Source of the DNA: a bacterium
GTDB taxonomy: Bacteria > Cyanobacteriota > Vampirovibrionia > Gastranaerophilales > JBAXKC01
Direction of reading: 5' to 3'
Assembly: GCA_037137535.1 (NCBI GenBank)
Contig: JBAXKC010000008.1
Coordinates: forward strand, 1 to 64,000
Length of the DNA stretch: 64,000 nucleotides
Under the pieces are notes generated by a model. That model searched no databases. It had not been told where the DNA came from and saw only the letters and a list, made by a program, of their open reading frames with translations. The position numbers and the translations under genes were made by a program. Within the stretch, counting starts at the first letter, position 1, and each line of letters opens with the position of its first letter. Shown in pieces: positions 19,313 to 30,138 of the stretch.

Positions 19313-20538
19313 TGATTAATTATGGCTTAAAACTCTGGTCAATTAACGAAAATTACATCGATGAAGCTCAAAGGTTATATAAAGAAAATATTTATTCATA
19401 TATTGAACTTTATGCAGTTCCTAATTCTATTGACTTAGCTGATAAATGGGCAAAATTAAATATACCCATAGTTATTCATGCTCCCCATTTTGAGCATGGG
19501 TTGAATTTAAGTATTGCAGAATGTTTTGAGAATAATATTAAATTATTAAATGAAACCTTTAAATTTGCTGATAAGGTAAATGCAGACACTATAATTCTTC
19601 ATTCAGGAATGAGCGGGAAAATTGAAGAATCAATTAACCAACTTAATAAAATAAATGATCCACGTCTTATCATTGAAAACAAACCTTTTAAAGTAAAATA
19701 TAATAACTTGAATTGCGTTGGTTACACTCCTGAGCAAATTAAATTAATTTTAGACAACACAGATAAAGGCTTTTGTTTTGATATTGGTCATGGAATTTGT
19801 TCTTCTAATCATAGAGAAGTTGATATTTATGAAGATATTAAACAATATTTAAAATTAAATCCTAAAATGTTTCATTTCACAGATGGCGAAAGTAATGGTA
19901 TTTACGATAAGCATCTCAATTTTGGTAATGGTGATTATGATATTAATAAAATTATCAGATTGTTACCTGAAAATATTGCTTTAACAATTGAAACAATCAA
20001 AAATTCCAAAGAAAATCTTGATGATTTTGCTGAAGATATTAAATATTTAATGAAAAAAACAGTACCAACAAATTTAGAATACAAACTTGCTGAAGAGGCT
20101 GATGTTGATAAAATATTCAGCATAGCAAATGATCCTGTTGTCAGACAAAATTCATTAAATCAAGACTATATTGACTATGATACTCATGTTTCCTGGTTTA
20201 AATCAAAGCTTGAAGATAAAAACAGTCCATTTTTTATTATTAATTATAAAAAAGAATTTGTCGGTTATGTAAGATTTGATAAAGAATCAAATACGAATAA
20301 TTATGTTGTTACAACCCATTTAATAAAAAAATACAGAGGCATAGGAATTGGCTCAAAGTCTACTGAATATTTATCTAATAAATTATTAACTTTCAACAAG
20401 AATGCAGTAATAACAGCTTATGTTAAAACAACTAATGATAAATCTATAAAGAGTTTTTTAAGTGCTGATTATAATTTCATTGAAAAATTAACAATTAATG
20501 ATAATTTATGCTTCAAGCTACAATTTAATTATAGATAA
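19312..20538 (+). CDS. Fusion of xylose-isomerase/AP-endonuclease-2-like TIM barrel and GNAT acetyltransferase (PseH-like)
   Basis: N-part: HAPH, ILHSG, IENKP, FDIGHG, HFTDG, DKHL.FGNG, TIET; C-part: NDPVVR..S, HVSWF, VGYVRFD, YRGIGIG. Confidence 0.8.
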   Translation: MINYGLKLWSINENYIDEAQRLYKENIYSYIELYAVPNSIDLADKWAKLNIPIVIHAPHFEHGLNLSIAECFENNIKLLNETFKFADKVNADTIILHSGMSGKIEESINQLNKINDPRLIIENKPFKVKYNNLNCVGYTPEQIKLILDNTDKGFCFDIGHGICSSNHREVDIYEDIKQYLKLNPKMFHFTDGESNGIYDKHLNFGNGDYDINKIIRLLPENIALTIETIKNSKENLDDFAEDIKYLMKKTVPTNLEYKLAEEADVDKIFSIANDPVVRQNSLNQDYIDYDTHVSWFKSKLEDKNSPFFIINYKKEFVGYVRFDKESNTNNYVVTTHLIKKYRGIGIGSKSTEYLSNKLLTFNKNAVITAYVKTTNDKSIKSFLSADYNFIEKLTINDNLCFKLQFNYR

Positions 20539-20555
20539 TAGGAATTGAAAATTAT

Positions 20556-21218
20556 ATGTCTAATGATATAGCCGCTCAGATTTTAGAGTTCATTAAAATT
20601 AATAGGGTAAGCACAACTGAAGTAGCTGATGCCTTTCATAAAACAGGTTTATTAGACGGTAAACTAAAAATTTTAAATCAAGGAACAAGAGCTGTTGGTT
20701 TCGTTCATTATGTGCCTGCCGTTAACGGTTCTAATTGGCATACGCACAAATATATAAGCAATACACCAAAGGATAGCATAGTTTTTGTTGATGCAGATAA
20801 TACATGCGAGCATAAAGCAATTTTCGGATCATTAGTTGCTAAATATATAATGTTATATTGCCAGTCTAATGGCATTATTGTTAGTGGAAAGTTAAGAGAT
20901 GTTCATACACTTGTAAAAGAAAAATATCCAATTTGGTGTTATGGCTCAACGCCTATCGGTTGTACAAATGATGAAGTAGAATTTGATGAAAAAAGTTTTG
21001 AAGAAAAACGGAAAACATATGAAGGAGCAATAATTGTAGCAGATGATAGCGGTGTAGTTATTATTAAAAAAGAACAAATGACCTTAGAAACTTTAGAAAG
21101 ACTTAAATTTATTGAAAATCAGGAAGATATATGGTTAGATTGTATCGATAGGCTTAAGTGGAACACTTTTGAAACAGTTTGTCTTAAAAAATATAAGACT
21201 GAAAGGCAAGAGCTTTAA
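20556..21218 (+). CDS. RraA/HMG-CHA aldolase family protein
   Basis: STTEVADA, AIFGSL, GKLRDV, IVADDSGVV motifs. Confidence 0.8.
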   Translation: MSNDIAAQILEFIKINRVSTTEVADAFHKTGLLDGKLKILNQGTRAVGFVHYVPAVNGSNWHTHKYISNTPKDSIVFVDADNTCEHKAIFGSLVAKYIMLYCQSNGIIVSGKLRDVHTLVKEKYPIWCYGSTPIGCTNDEVEFDEKSFEEKRKTYEGAIIVADDSGVVIIKKEQMTLETLERLKFIENQEDIWLDCIDRLKWNTFETVCLKKYKTERQEL

Positions 21219-22340
21219 ATGTCAAATTTACTGGATGAGATAAAATTAAGAATAAATTTTTTACAGGGAAAATCTACTGATATTAAAGGTATTTATATTG
21301 ATACAATGGGAACATGTACAAATAAATGCTATATGTGTCCTGCAAGAGCAGGAAAAAAGAAAAATAAATATATGAGTGATGAACTTTTTAATAAAGTTAT
21401 TCAAGGGCTTAAAAATTACAATTATAAAAAGCCAATTAATTTATATGGACAGGATGAACCATTTCTCGATCCGAAAATATTTGACAGATTACTCCATGCA
21501 AAAAAAGAACTACCAACATCAGAAATGATTTTAATATCAAATTTTTCTGTATTGAATGATGAAAAAATTGATAAATTATTAGAAATGCCTTTAAATAGAC
21601 TGACAAATAGCATTTTTGCGCTCGATGCAGAAACCTATGAAAAAGTTTGCGGTTCTAAAAACTTTGAAAGAGCCTTTATAAATCTAATAAAATTTTGTAA
21701 AAAGTGGAGTAAAACTTCACCATTTTATTTTAGTTTGCACTATATAAAAACTCCATATAACAAACATGATATGAAGTTTATAAAATATTTTTTAACGTTA
21801 ATGCCTGTTTCTACTACTGTAGAGACAAAATTAATTAATTTAAGAGGAATTTTACATAAAAACGGATCACCATGGAAGTTTGATACATGTTTATTTAACG
21901 GCCCGTTAAAAGTAACTGCAAATGGTGAATTATCGCAATGTATGTGTGATCACGATTCTGATTATACAATTGGTAATATCAACGATTCTGACCTTACAGA
22001 CATAATAAACAGCAAAAGAGCCAGAAAAACACGCTTAGATTTATTATTTGGTAAAGATAAAAAAATGAATGAGTTTTGCAGTGTCTGCGACTTTGCTGTT
22101 GAAAATAAATTTTTATACTTTTTAATTCCTAATTACAGATTAAGACACTTTATTGCGAATAGACTCGGTTTAGAAAAAGGCATGACTTATTATATGGATA
22201 CAGATGTAATATTACCTAATTCAAAAGAAGAAATTCAAGCAAAACTAGAGATATTTAATACAATATTTAAAGATGGTGATGAAGCTAACTGGTTAAATTC
22301 TCTTGCAACGTTAAGAAATGATTTTTCACAAAAGCGATAA
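21219..22340 (+). CDS. Radical SAM protein with SPASM/twitch domain
   Basis: CTNKCYMC (CxxxCxxC), EPFLD, C-terminal C...QCMCD...IGNI...CSVC. Confidence 0.85.
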   Translation: MSNLLDEIKLRINFLQGKSTDIKGIYIDTMGTCTNKCYMCPARAGKKKNKYMSDELFNKVIQGLKNYNYKKPINLYGQDEPFLDPKIFDRLLHAKKELPTSEMILISNFSVLNDEKIDKLLEMPLNRLTNSIFALDAETYEKVCGSKNFERAFINLIKFCKKWSKTSPFYFSLHYIKTPYNKHDMKFIKYFLTLMPVSTTVETKLINLRGILHKNGSPWKFDTCLFNGPLKVTANGELSQCMCDHDSDYTIGNINDSDLTDIINSKRARKTRLDLLFGKDKKMNEFCSVCDFAVENKFLYFLIPNYRLRHFIANRLGLEKGMTYYMDTDVILPNSKEEIQAKLEIFNTIFKDGDEANWLNSLATLRNDFSQKR

Positions 22341-22384
22341 ACTCTAACAAATCGAAGTTATAATTATGATAAAGGAACTATTAT

Positions 22385-23098
22385 ATGAAAAACACAAACT
22401 TTGAGGGTTTAGGGAAATATAAAGAAATCGATAAAAAATATTTTAATTATTTAGATGAATTATCTAAGATGGAAATTCCAGAAAGAGATTTTATTTTTCA
22501 ATTTCCTGTATTTGTCGGACAAGTGAATCTAGCAAGATATTTGTTTTTCTATGACCTATACAAGCAAATCATTGAATTAAATGGTCATATTGCTGATGTG
22601 GGAACATTTAAAGGTTCGTCATTTCTTTTTATGGCCAAAATGATTAAATTATTTGAACCATATAACACAACTCAAGTTTATGGTTTTGACTGGTTTGAAG
22701 GCATGGCTCCTTCCAGTCAAGACGACAAAAACCAAGAAGGCAAATATAAAGCTGATTTTGCAACACTATCTAAACTTATTGAGCTACAAGAACTAAAAGA
22801 TGTTGCTATACTCAATAAAATGGATATTACTAAAGAATTAGCCGCATTTATGAAAGAGCGACCACAATTAAGATTTAAAATGGTATTTATAGATTGTGGA
22901 ATAAAGGAAGTAATGGAATCTTCATTAGAATATTTTTGGCCAAGACTTGTTAAGGGCGGAATATTGATAATGGATCATTACAATATGGAAGTTTCACCAT
23001 CTGAAAGTTTAATATTAGAGAAGCATGTAGGTGATAATTTAATAAAACAGATGCCTTTTGTCAGACAGCCGACCTGTTATGTTATAAAAGAAAAATAA
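22385..23098 (+). CDS. TylF/MycF-family methyltransferase-like protein
   Basis: GHIADVGTFKG, YGFDWFEG, FIDC, LVKGGILIMDHY. Confidence 0.8.
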   Translation: MKNTNFEGLGKYKEIDKKYFNYLDELSKMEIPERDFIFQFPVFVGQVNLARYLFFYDLYKQIIELNGHIADVGTFKGSSFLFMAKMIKLFEPYNTTQVYGFDWFEGMAPSSQDDKNQEGKYKADFATLSKLIELQELKDVAILNKMDITKELAAFMKERPQLRFKMVFIDCGIKEVMESSLEYFWPRLVKGGILIMDHYNMEVSPSESLILEKHVGDNLIKQMPFVRQPTCYVIKEK

Positions 23099-23102
23099 CT
23101 CT

Positions 23103-24131
23103 ATGAATAAAGAAATTAAATTAAATCAAACTATAATAAATCAAAGTAGTGAGCCATATTTTATAGCAGAAATTGGCTCTAATCACAATCAAGATTTAGG
23201 TATTGCTAAAGAATTAATACATATTTCTGCGGATTGCGGTGCAAATGCAGTAAAATTTCAATCTTTAAATTTAGAAAGACAATACTCTCAATCTGCTCAA
23301 ACTGAAGATTTAAAAAAACTTTTTCAAAAAATTAAACTGGATGAAAACTGGTATACTGAACTGGCAGAAGAAGCTAAAAAAGCTAAAGTAGATTTTTGTT
23401 CAGCTCCGACATATATTGAATCTATTGAGTTGCTGGAACAAGTCAATATTCCTTTTTACAAGCTAGCTTCACCTCAAATTAGAACATTTCCCACATTAAT
23501 AAATAAGGTATCTGCATTACAAAAGCCGATTTTACTATCTGTTGGATATTGCAATTATTCATTAATCGAGCGAGCGATAGAAATATGTAAAGCTCAAGGC
23601 AATGAAAATATTATTCTTTTGCATTGTGTTTCAGAATATCCTACTAAGTTTGAGAAAGTGAATTTAAAAGTATTAAATACACTATCAAATATGTTTGATT
23701 CATTAGTTGGAATAAGTGATCATTCAGAAGGAATAGAAGTTCCCGTTGCAAGTGTAGCTTTAGGTGCAAAAGTTATTGAAAAACACATAACATTAAGTCG
23801 AACAATGGATGGTCCTGACCATTACTTTGCTTTAGAACCTCAAGAATTTAAAGCAATGGTATCAGCCTCTAAAAATGTTTTTAAATCGATTGGAGCGCCT
23901 AATAAACAAGTTACAGCCCAAGAAAAAACATTTGCTAATGAAATACTTGTTAGGTGGTATGCAAAAGAAAATATACATAAAGGCGAGCTTATTACTGACG
24001 AAAAAATAAGTTTTTTAAGAGGAACTAATGCTATTAGTGATGAACATTTTGATCTGTTAGGAAATATAAGAGCTAAATCAGATATCAAAAAATCAGCCCC
24101 TATACTCTGGCAAAATATTGTAAAGGATTAA
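23103..24131 (+). CDS. Nonulosonic acid synthase (NeuB/PseI family) with SAF domain
   Basis: FIAEIGSNHN, AVKFQ, LHCVSEYP, GISDHS, IEKHITL, GPDH. Confidence 0.92.
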   Translation: MNKEIKLNQTIINQSSEPYFIAEIGSNHNQDLGIAKELIHISADCGANAVKFQSLNLERQYSQSAQTEDLKKLFQKIKLDENWYTELAEEAKKAKVDFCSAPTYIESIELLEQVNIPFYKLASPQIRTFPTLINKVSALQKPILLSVGYCNYSLIERAIEICKAQGNENIILLHCVSEYPTKFEKVNLKVLNTLSNMFDSLVGISDHSEGIEVPVASVALGAKVIEKHITLSRTMDGPDHYFALEPQEFKAMVSASKNVFKSIGAPNKQVTAQEKTFANEILVRWYAKENIHKGELITDEKISFLRGTNAISDEHFDLLGNIRAKSDIKKSAPILWQNIVKD

Positions 24132-24134
24132 ATT

Positions 24135-25331
24135 ATGACAGCAAAAAAAATCTTAATTATAAATGCCGGCTGGGAACAGGAAGATCTTATCAGAACAGCT
24201 AAATCTATGGGTTTATATGTTATCGCAATTGATGCGAATATACACGCTCCTGCTCTAAAACTTGCTGATGAAATAGCTATTTTTGAACCACGAGATATAA
24301 TGGGCATTTTAAACTTTGCCAAAAGCAAAAATGTATCTGGTGTAATTGCAGATCAGTGCGATTATTCACATTATACTGCTACATTAATTGCTGATGTATT
24401 AAATTTACCCTCAACAGGTCTTGAGGCTGTTCAAAATGCTACTAATAAAAAATGGTTAAGGCAGGCATGTCAACAAGAAAATATTTTACAACCAGAATTT
24501 TATCCTTGTAAGTCCTATGCAGAAGCAGTAAAAGCTTCCACTAATATTAGTTTTCCTGTAATTGTAAAACCTGTTGATAATAGAGGAAATTTTGGAATTA
24601 CGAGAGTTGACTCAATTAATGAATTAAAACAAGCATTTTATCTTGCAATTGCAAATTCTCACTCAAGAGAATGTTTAGTTGAAAAATTCATTGAAGGAAC
24701 AATGATTACCGTTGATGGCTTTACTTATTCTGATGGTATTCATAAATCTTTAGCAGTAGCATCAAAGAAAATGCTAGAGGAAAAAAACACAGTAGCAATG
24801 GAAATTTATTATCCTGCTAAATGTTCAGAGGATATTATTATTAAATTAAAAGAAAATCACGATAAAGTTGTAAAAGCACTTGGTGTAAAAATGGGTTGTA
24901 CTCATGGAGAGTATAAATTAACTGAAGAGAATGAAATTTATCTTATTGAATGTGCAAATAGAGGTGGTGGAGTTTATACAAGCTCTAGAATTGTTACTTC
25001 TGTGTCGGGTGAAGATATTTCCAAACTTCTGATTCTATCTGCTATCGGTGAAAAAACTACTCCAATATTAAATACAAATAAATCAGCCTGTGTCTTAAGT
25101 TTCTTTAAATTCAGATCAGGAACAATTGAAAAGATACATAATAAAAATGAAATAATTAATGATAAAGATGTTCTTGCTTTCAGATTAAGCGTAGCAGAAG
25201 GTGATATTGTTAAACAAATTGAGGGCGATGCTTCAAGACATGGATTTATTATTGTTAAAGGAAATGATTTAGAGTCAGTTTTATTAAAAATTGAAGATTT
25301 AAAATATAAATTGGTAGTTGAATATGACTAA
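24135..25331 (+). CDS. ATP-grasp domain ligase
   Basis: NKKWLR, PVIVKPVD.RG..GI, LVEKFIEG, HGEY, IECANRGGG. Confidence 0.85.
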   Translation: MTAKKILIINAGWEQEDLIRTAKSMGLYVIAIDANIHAPALKLADEIAIFEPRDIMGILNFAKSKNVSGVIADQCDYSHYTATLIADVLNLPSTGLEAVQNATNKKWLRQACQQENILQPEFYPCKSYAEAVKASTNISFPVIVKPVDNRGNFGITRVDSINELKQAFYLAIANSHSRECLVEKFIEGTMITVDGFTYSDGIHKSLAVASKKMLEEKNTVAMEIYYPAKCSEDIIIKLKENHDKVVKALGVKMGCTHGEYKLTEENEIYLIECANRGGGVYTSSRIVTSVSGEDISKLLILSAIGEKTTPILNTNKSACVLSFFKFRSGTIEKIHNKNEIINDKDVLAFRLSVAEGDIVKQIEGDASRHGFIIVKGNDLESVLLKIEDLKYKLVVEYD

Positions 25332-26157
25332 AGTTTTTACAATTGATTTTCATATGCATCCAGGTATACCTGATTTAAGAATTGAAAGAAAACTTCATCT
25401 TGGGGATATAGAACAAAATTTACAATTATTAATGGAGAAAATAAATGTTTCTGAAATTAATAAAGCAGTTGTAATGTTGCTTGATGAGGAATGGTTTGCA
25501 GATAAAGCATATGAAAAATTAATTAGTATTTATAAAAAAAATAATTGGTCTGAAAAACTTATTTTTTGTGCAATGTTTGATTATTTTAGATTATTTGAAG
25601 AAGAAGAAATCACTAAACAAATAGAAAAAGCATCAAGTTATGGTGTTAAAGGTATAAAAATTCATCCTGTTATTCAACGAATAACAAAAAATGATTTTAA
25701 CAAGTTGATACCAATAGCCAAAAAAGTTGAAGAGCTAAATATGTTTACGATTATACATTGTTACGGTGATAATTTAAACAGCTCAGAAAATATAGGATTA
25801 GATATTGTTTCTTTACTTGCACAAGAAATAAAAACACCTATTATAATTGCTCATGCAGGTGGTTATGACTTTTCTCGTGCTTTATTTATTGCAAAAGAAT
25901 ATTCTAATGTCTTTATTGATTTTTCATATATTATGAAAGATCTCGATATAGAAAGCCTAATAATGGCGGCTATACGATCAATAGGTGATGAAAAATTACT
26001 ATATGCATCAGATCATCCAAGTTGTGATGCTGTAAATTATAAAAATGAGTTTTTGGCTATTTTAAATAAATTAAAATTAACAGAAACACAAATTAAAAAT
26101 ATTATGGGCTTAAATGCACTGAAAATAATAGAAAACACAGGAAAATATCATGAATAA
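25324..26157 (+). CDS. Amidohydrolase family protein (Amidohydro_2)
   Basis: IDFHMH, GIKIHP, IHCYG, IAHAGG, LYASDHP; ATG at 25324 overlaps the upstream stop. Confidence 0.85.
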   Translation: MTKVFTIDFHMHPGIPDLRIERKLHLGDIEQNLQLLMEKINVSEINKAVVMLLDEEWFADKAYEKLISIYKKNNWSEKLIFCAMFDYFRLFEEEEITKQIEKASSYGVKGIKIHPVIQRITKNDFNKLIPIAKKVEELNMFTIIHCYGDNLNSSENIGLDIVSLLAQEIKTPIIIAHAGGYDFSRALFIAKEYSNVFIDFSYIMKDLDIESLIMAAIRSIGDEKLLYASDHPSCDAVNYKNEFLAILNKLKLTETQIKNIMGLNALKIIENTGKYHE

Positions 26158-26836
26158 AAAAATTTTAATAGTTGCAGCACATCCTGATGATGAGGTTTTA
26201 GGCTGTGGAGGAACAGTAGCAAAACTTGTTAAACAAGGATATGAGGCATATACCTTAATTCTTGGAGAAGGTAAAACTTCAAGAGGCATTGTAACAGATG
26301 AAACAAAAAAAGAAATTGAAGAATTAAATGAGGAAATGCAACAAGCTAATGAAATATTAGGAATAAAAAAAGTATTCAGCCTTAATTTCCCCGATAATAG
26401 TTTTGATGCTGTTAGTTTACTGAGTATTGTAAAAGAAATTGAAACAATTAAAAATCAGATTAAACCAGAGATAATTTTTACACATCATATTGGGGATATG
26501 AATATTGATCATCAAATAACACATAAAGCTGTTTTAACTGCCACAAGACCAATGCAGGATGAATGTGTTAAGGAAATTTATTCATTTGAAATTCCATCTT
26601 CTACAGAGTGGAATTCATTTTCAGCTTTAACAGCGTTTATTCCTAATGTATTTTATGACATAACTGAAACAATTGATTTAAAAATATCCGCCATGGCTAA
26701 ATACAATTCAGAATTAAGAGATTACCCTCACCCTAGGTCATTGCAGCATATTAATGAGTTATCTAAAGTAAATGGAACTAAAGTCGGCTTAAAATACAGC
26801 GAAAATTTCATGTTGGTTAGAGCTATAAAAAATTAA
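26150..26836 (+). CDS. PIG-L/LmbE family N-deacetylase
   Basis: AAHPDDEVLGCGG, THH.GD.NIDH, SSTEW, YPHPRS. Confidence 0.9.
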   Translation: MNKKILIVAAHPDDEVLGCGGTVAKLVKQGYEAYTLILGEGKTSRGIVTDETKKEIEELNEEMQQANEILGIKKVFSLNFPDNSFDAVSLLSIVKEIETIKNQIKPEIIFTHHIGDMNIDHQITHKAVLTATRPMQDECVKEIYSFEIPSSTEWNSFSALTAFIPNVFYDITETIDLKISAMAKYNSELRDYPHPRSLQHINELSKVNGTKVGLKYSENFMLVRAIKN

Positions 26837-27726
26837 TTTTTTCCAAGTTCCAATATCTTAATAGACTTTAAAATCAAGTTCTTATCTGGTGGATTTTCTG
26901 TTTTTCTGATTACATTCACAAAATGCTGTAAAGCAGATTTAAAAGCAGAAAAAGTATCTTTAAAAATGAGTTTTTTAGTGTGATTAAGACCACATACTTT
27001 TATTTTAATTGGAGTTGAGACATTACCAAGAGTGAAAAATCTTGTTTTTAATCCACTTTGCCATACAACAGTAACAACTACTTTATCATTAAGATATTTT
27101 TTCTTTATATCAATAATATCGCCTTGATTTCCCATTAATTTAAGAACTGGTTCAATAATATGAATTGCATATTTAGACCAATCTTTTGAAATATATGCAT
27201 TTATATATTTTATTTTACCTAATTGAGCATAATCTTGGTCAGTTAGCATTAATTCTTTTGCGTAACTTATTGCCGAACAAGTAAAAATCTGACCATCATA
27301 TTGTTCTAAATTATATATCTTTTTTGCCTCATTAAAATCTAACGCAAGAGGTTTATCAATATATATTGGAATACCTGCTTTTAAAAAGGGTAAACTCATT
27401 TCATAATGGTTCTCTGCATCATCTCTTGCAAGTAAAATTCCATCAACCAGAGAGATTAAATCACCAATATCATCAACAATATTAGGAATATTTGCTGATT
27501 TTGCTACATTTTCAGAAATAGTTTTATCTTGAGTCCAAATATGTGTAACTCTAACATTTTTTATGCAATCATCTGGAAATTTTTGTTTAGATAAATAATC
27601 AGGAATAACTGGAAAAGGGCAATCTTGTATGTGTTCTTGATTATAGCCGTTAAAAATCGCTGACCAAGAATAAGGATGACCATTACCATCACTTAATCCA
27701 ATAATACCAAGTTTTAGTTCTTCCAT
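26833..27726 (-). CDS. Gfo/Idh/MocA-like oxidoreductase
   Basis: LGIIGLS.GNGHPYSWS, LLARDD, YIDKPLA; start moved to the ATG at 27726, just after the upstream stop. Confidence 0.75.
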   Translation of the reverse strand: MEELKLGIIGLSDGNGHPYSWSAIFNGYNQEHIQDCPFPVIPDYLSKQKFPDDCIKNVRVTHIWTQDKTISENVAKSANIPNIVDDIGDLISLVDGILLARDDAENHYEMSLPFLKAGIPIYIDKPLALDFNEAKKIYNLEQYDGQIFTCSAISYAKELMLTDQDYAQLGKIKYINAYISKDWSKYAIHIIEPVLKLMGNQGDIIDIKKKYLNDKVVVTVVWQSGLKTRFFTLGNVSTPIKIKVCGLNHTKKLIFKDTFSAFKSALQHFVNVIRKTENPPDKNLILKSIKILELGKN

Positions 27727-27730
27727 TTGA

Positions 27731-29062
27731 TTACTCTTTATAAAATAACAATATTGTACGATTTTCAGAGCTTGATGGGTACTCTTCACATCTTACAAAA
27801 TACTTGGATAAAGCATTTTTAAAATTTTCAATATTATAAAAAGAAAATTCGTCAGTCAATCTTTCTTTTACAAAGATATCATTTTTATCAATAAATTCTG
27901 TAATTAAATATTTATCAGTTAATTCTGAAAAAACTTCTGCAATTTTCTCAAAATTATACTTAGATGAAAAAACCAAATGATGAATAACAGCTAATGACAA
28001 TACCATTTCTGACTTAAATTTTGACTTATTATCATGTCTGAATAAATCATAATGGATGGTATTAAGTAGGAGGTCTTGAACTTTTGCGCCATTATAAACT
28101 TCATTGACAATATAGTCATCAATATCAGAAGCTGTTACATTACAGCCTTTTTTAGCGCATAAATATGAATAATAACCCGTTGCACATCCAAAATCTAATA
28201 CGGTTTCAGGTTTTAAAGTATCAATAAGATTAATGATACTTTTTTGCTTATCATGCATCTCTTGAATATTTTTTTTCTTATTTTCATCTGCATGATAATT
28301 TTGCCAAACACTTTGAGAATTATTACATTTTTTTTCAAGAATTAGTGATTTTATTAACTCTAGTGATTTAATAAAGTCTTTTTCAGCCATTTTTTTAATA
28401 TTTTTAATTTTTATTTTAAAAGCATAAGCTTTAATTAAATTTACTATATCTAAAAAAGGGGATTTCTCTAATGAGCCAAGCTGATAGCCGCTTATATCCT
28501 CAATGGTTAAACAAGGTATAGAAGCCGATAAATATTTTTTAGCTTTGTCCCAATGTCCAAATTGTATTAAAACAATAGGAAATAAAACAAAATTCAAATA
28601 TTCATTAATTAGTTGAATTTTTTTAGCTTTTGAAGTGTTTTTACTTATAGATGCAAAATCTAAATATAAAGGATTTCCCTTTTTAAAGGTTAAATTCCAT
28701 AAATGAGCATCTTCAAGATTATAGCCTGCTTTGTATAGCTCTATGTTTATGTCAATGTGCTTTAATGCAGCACTTATGAACATATCAGATGACCATTCAT
28801 TAGGATATGTTATATTTTCAAGATATTCATGCTCTAACACTGTTTTAAAACTTTCAACTTCAATATTTGAGATTTTAGTATTAACAATATATTGATTTAA
28901 GACTTTATTCTTTTCAATAAAATCAATTAATTGTGAATAATATTCTTTATTTTTAGACCACATACCTCTGAAAATACTATTGTTATATAGAAATAACCTA
29001 CCTCTTTTATCAGTAGTTGCATTCATCAAAAATTTAATACTTTGTTTGCTGATAATTCCCAC
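27731..29062 (-). CDS. SAM-dependent methyltransferase (NoeA-like: kinase-like N-domain plus MTase)
   Basis: TYPNEWS, LEDAHLWN...YLDFAS; VLDFGCATG, LAVIHHL, TEFIDKND. Confidence 0.75.
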   Translation of the reverse strand: MGIISKQSIKFLMNATTDKRGRLFLYNNSIFRGMWSKNKEYYSQLIDFIEKNKVLNQYIVNTKISNIEVESFKTVLEHEYLENITYPNEWSSDMFISAALKHIDINIELYKAGYNLEDAHLWNLTFKKGNPLYLDFASISKNTSKAKKIQLINEYLNFVLFPIVLIQFGHWDKAKKYLSASIPCLTIEDISGYQLGSLEKSPFLDIVNLIKAYAFKIKIKNIKKMAEKDFIKSLELIKSLILEKKCNNSQSVWQNYHADENKKKNIQEMHDKQKSIINLIDTLKPETVLDFGCATGYYSYLCAKKGCNVTASDIDDYIVNEVYNGAKVQDLLLNTIHYDLFRHDNKSKFKSEMVLSLAVIHHLVFSSKYNFEKIAEVFSELTDKYLITEFIDKNDIFVKERLTDEFSFYNIENFKNALSKYFVRCEEYPSSSENRTILLFYKE

Positions 29063-29179
29063 TATTGCTTTCTCTCTTTCAATAAAACTCTTATGTATAT
29101 ATTACTATTATTAAGTAAAAATTGCACATTGTTAATATAATTGTCATATTAAATTAACTAATATAAAATTAGAATACAA

Positions 29180-30091
29180 ATGAAGGAGCAGAGATTGAAA
29201 CTAGGAATCGGTACAACTCAATTTGGACTTGATTACGGAATTACTAATAAACAAGGACAAACTCAAGTAGAAGAAGTTTCAAAGATATTCAAAACGGCAG
29301 AATTAAACTGTATTGAAGTAATCGATACTGCACATTTATATGGTAACAGCGAAGCAATAATCGGAAGTGTTTTGTCTAAAGACAATAAATTTAAAATTAT
29401 TACTAAAACTATTACTTTTAATAAAGAAGAAATAACTTTAGAGGATGTTAATCTTTTTGAAAAAACTTTTATTAGCAGTTTAGAAAAATTACAAACTAAT
29501 TCAATTTACGGATTAATGTTACATCGACAACAAGATTTATTTTCCCAAAATGGAGATTTACTTTTTAAAAAGTTAATTGAATTAAAAAACTGTAATAAAG
29601 TTAATAAAATTGGGGTTTCAGTTTATAATTCCGAAGAAATTACTCAAATTATTAATAATTTTGATATTGATATAATACAAATTCCTTTTAATATTTTCGA
29701 TCAGCGTTTAAAAAATGATGAAACATTAAAAAAGCTTAAAAGTAAAAATATAGAAGTACATGCTCGATCAATATTTTTACAAGGTGTTATTTTAATGCAA
29801 AGCGAATTAGTAAATAAAACCTTTAATGATTCTCAATTCGATTTACATTTTAGTAAATTTCAAGCGTTCTTGCAAGATAAAAATATAAATGCTCAAGACT
29901 TAGCTATTAATTTTGTTAAAAACATTGAAGAAATTGACCATTTTGTACTTGGTCTAAATAATGAAGAACAACTAAGCTCAAATATAAATTCGTATAATCA
30001 AAATATTGATATAGACCTCGATGAACTTAAAATATTTCATTATAACGATATAAATATTATTGACCCTAGAAAATGGACATCAAAAAAATAA
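29180..30091 (+). CDS. Aldo/keto reductase
   Basis: GIGTTQFGLDYG, IDTAHLYGNSE, KIGVSVY, QIPFNIFDQR, HARSIFLQG. Confidence 0.9.
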   Translation: MKEQRLKLGIGTTQFGLDYGITNKQGQTQVEEVSKIFKTAELNCIEVIDTAHLYGNSEAIIGSVLSKDNKFKIITKTITFNKEEITLEDVNLFEKTFISSLEKLQTNSIYGLMLHRQQDLFSQNGDLLFKKLIELKNCNKVNKIGVSVYNSEEITQIINNFDIDIIQIPFNIFDQRLKNDETLKKLKSKNIEVHARSIFLQGVILMQSELVNKTFNDSQFDLHFSKFQAFLQDKNINAQDLAINFVKNIEEIDHFVLGLNNEEQLSSNINSYNQNIDIDLDELKIFHYNDINIIDPRKWTSKK

Positions 30092-30138
30092 AGTTAATAT
30101 ATAATATAAAAAGATAGTTTTAGCGAGGTATATTTATC

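Noticed and set aside
27727-27789. Track start of the Gfo oxidoreductase
   Set aside because: Overlaps the upstream gene; the family-like sequence begins at ATG 27726
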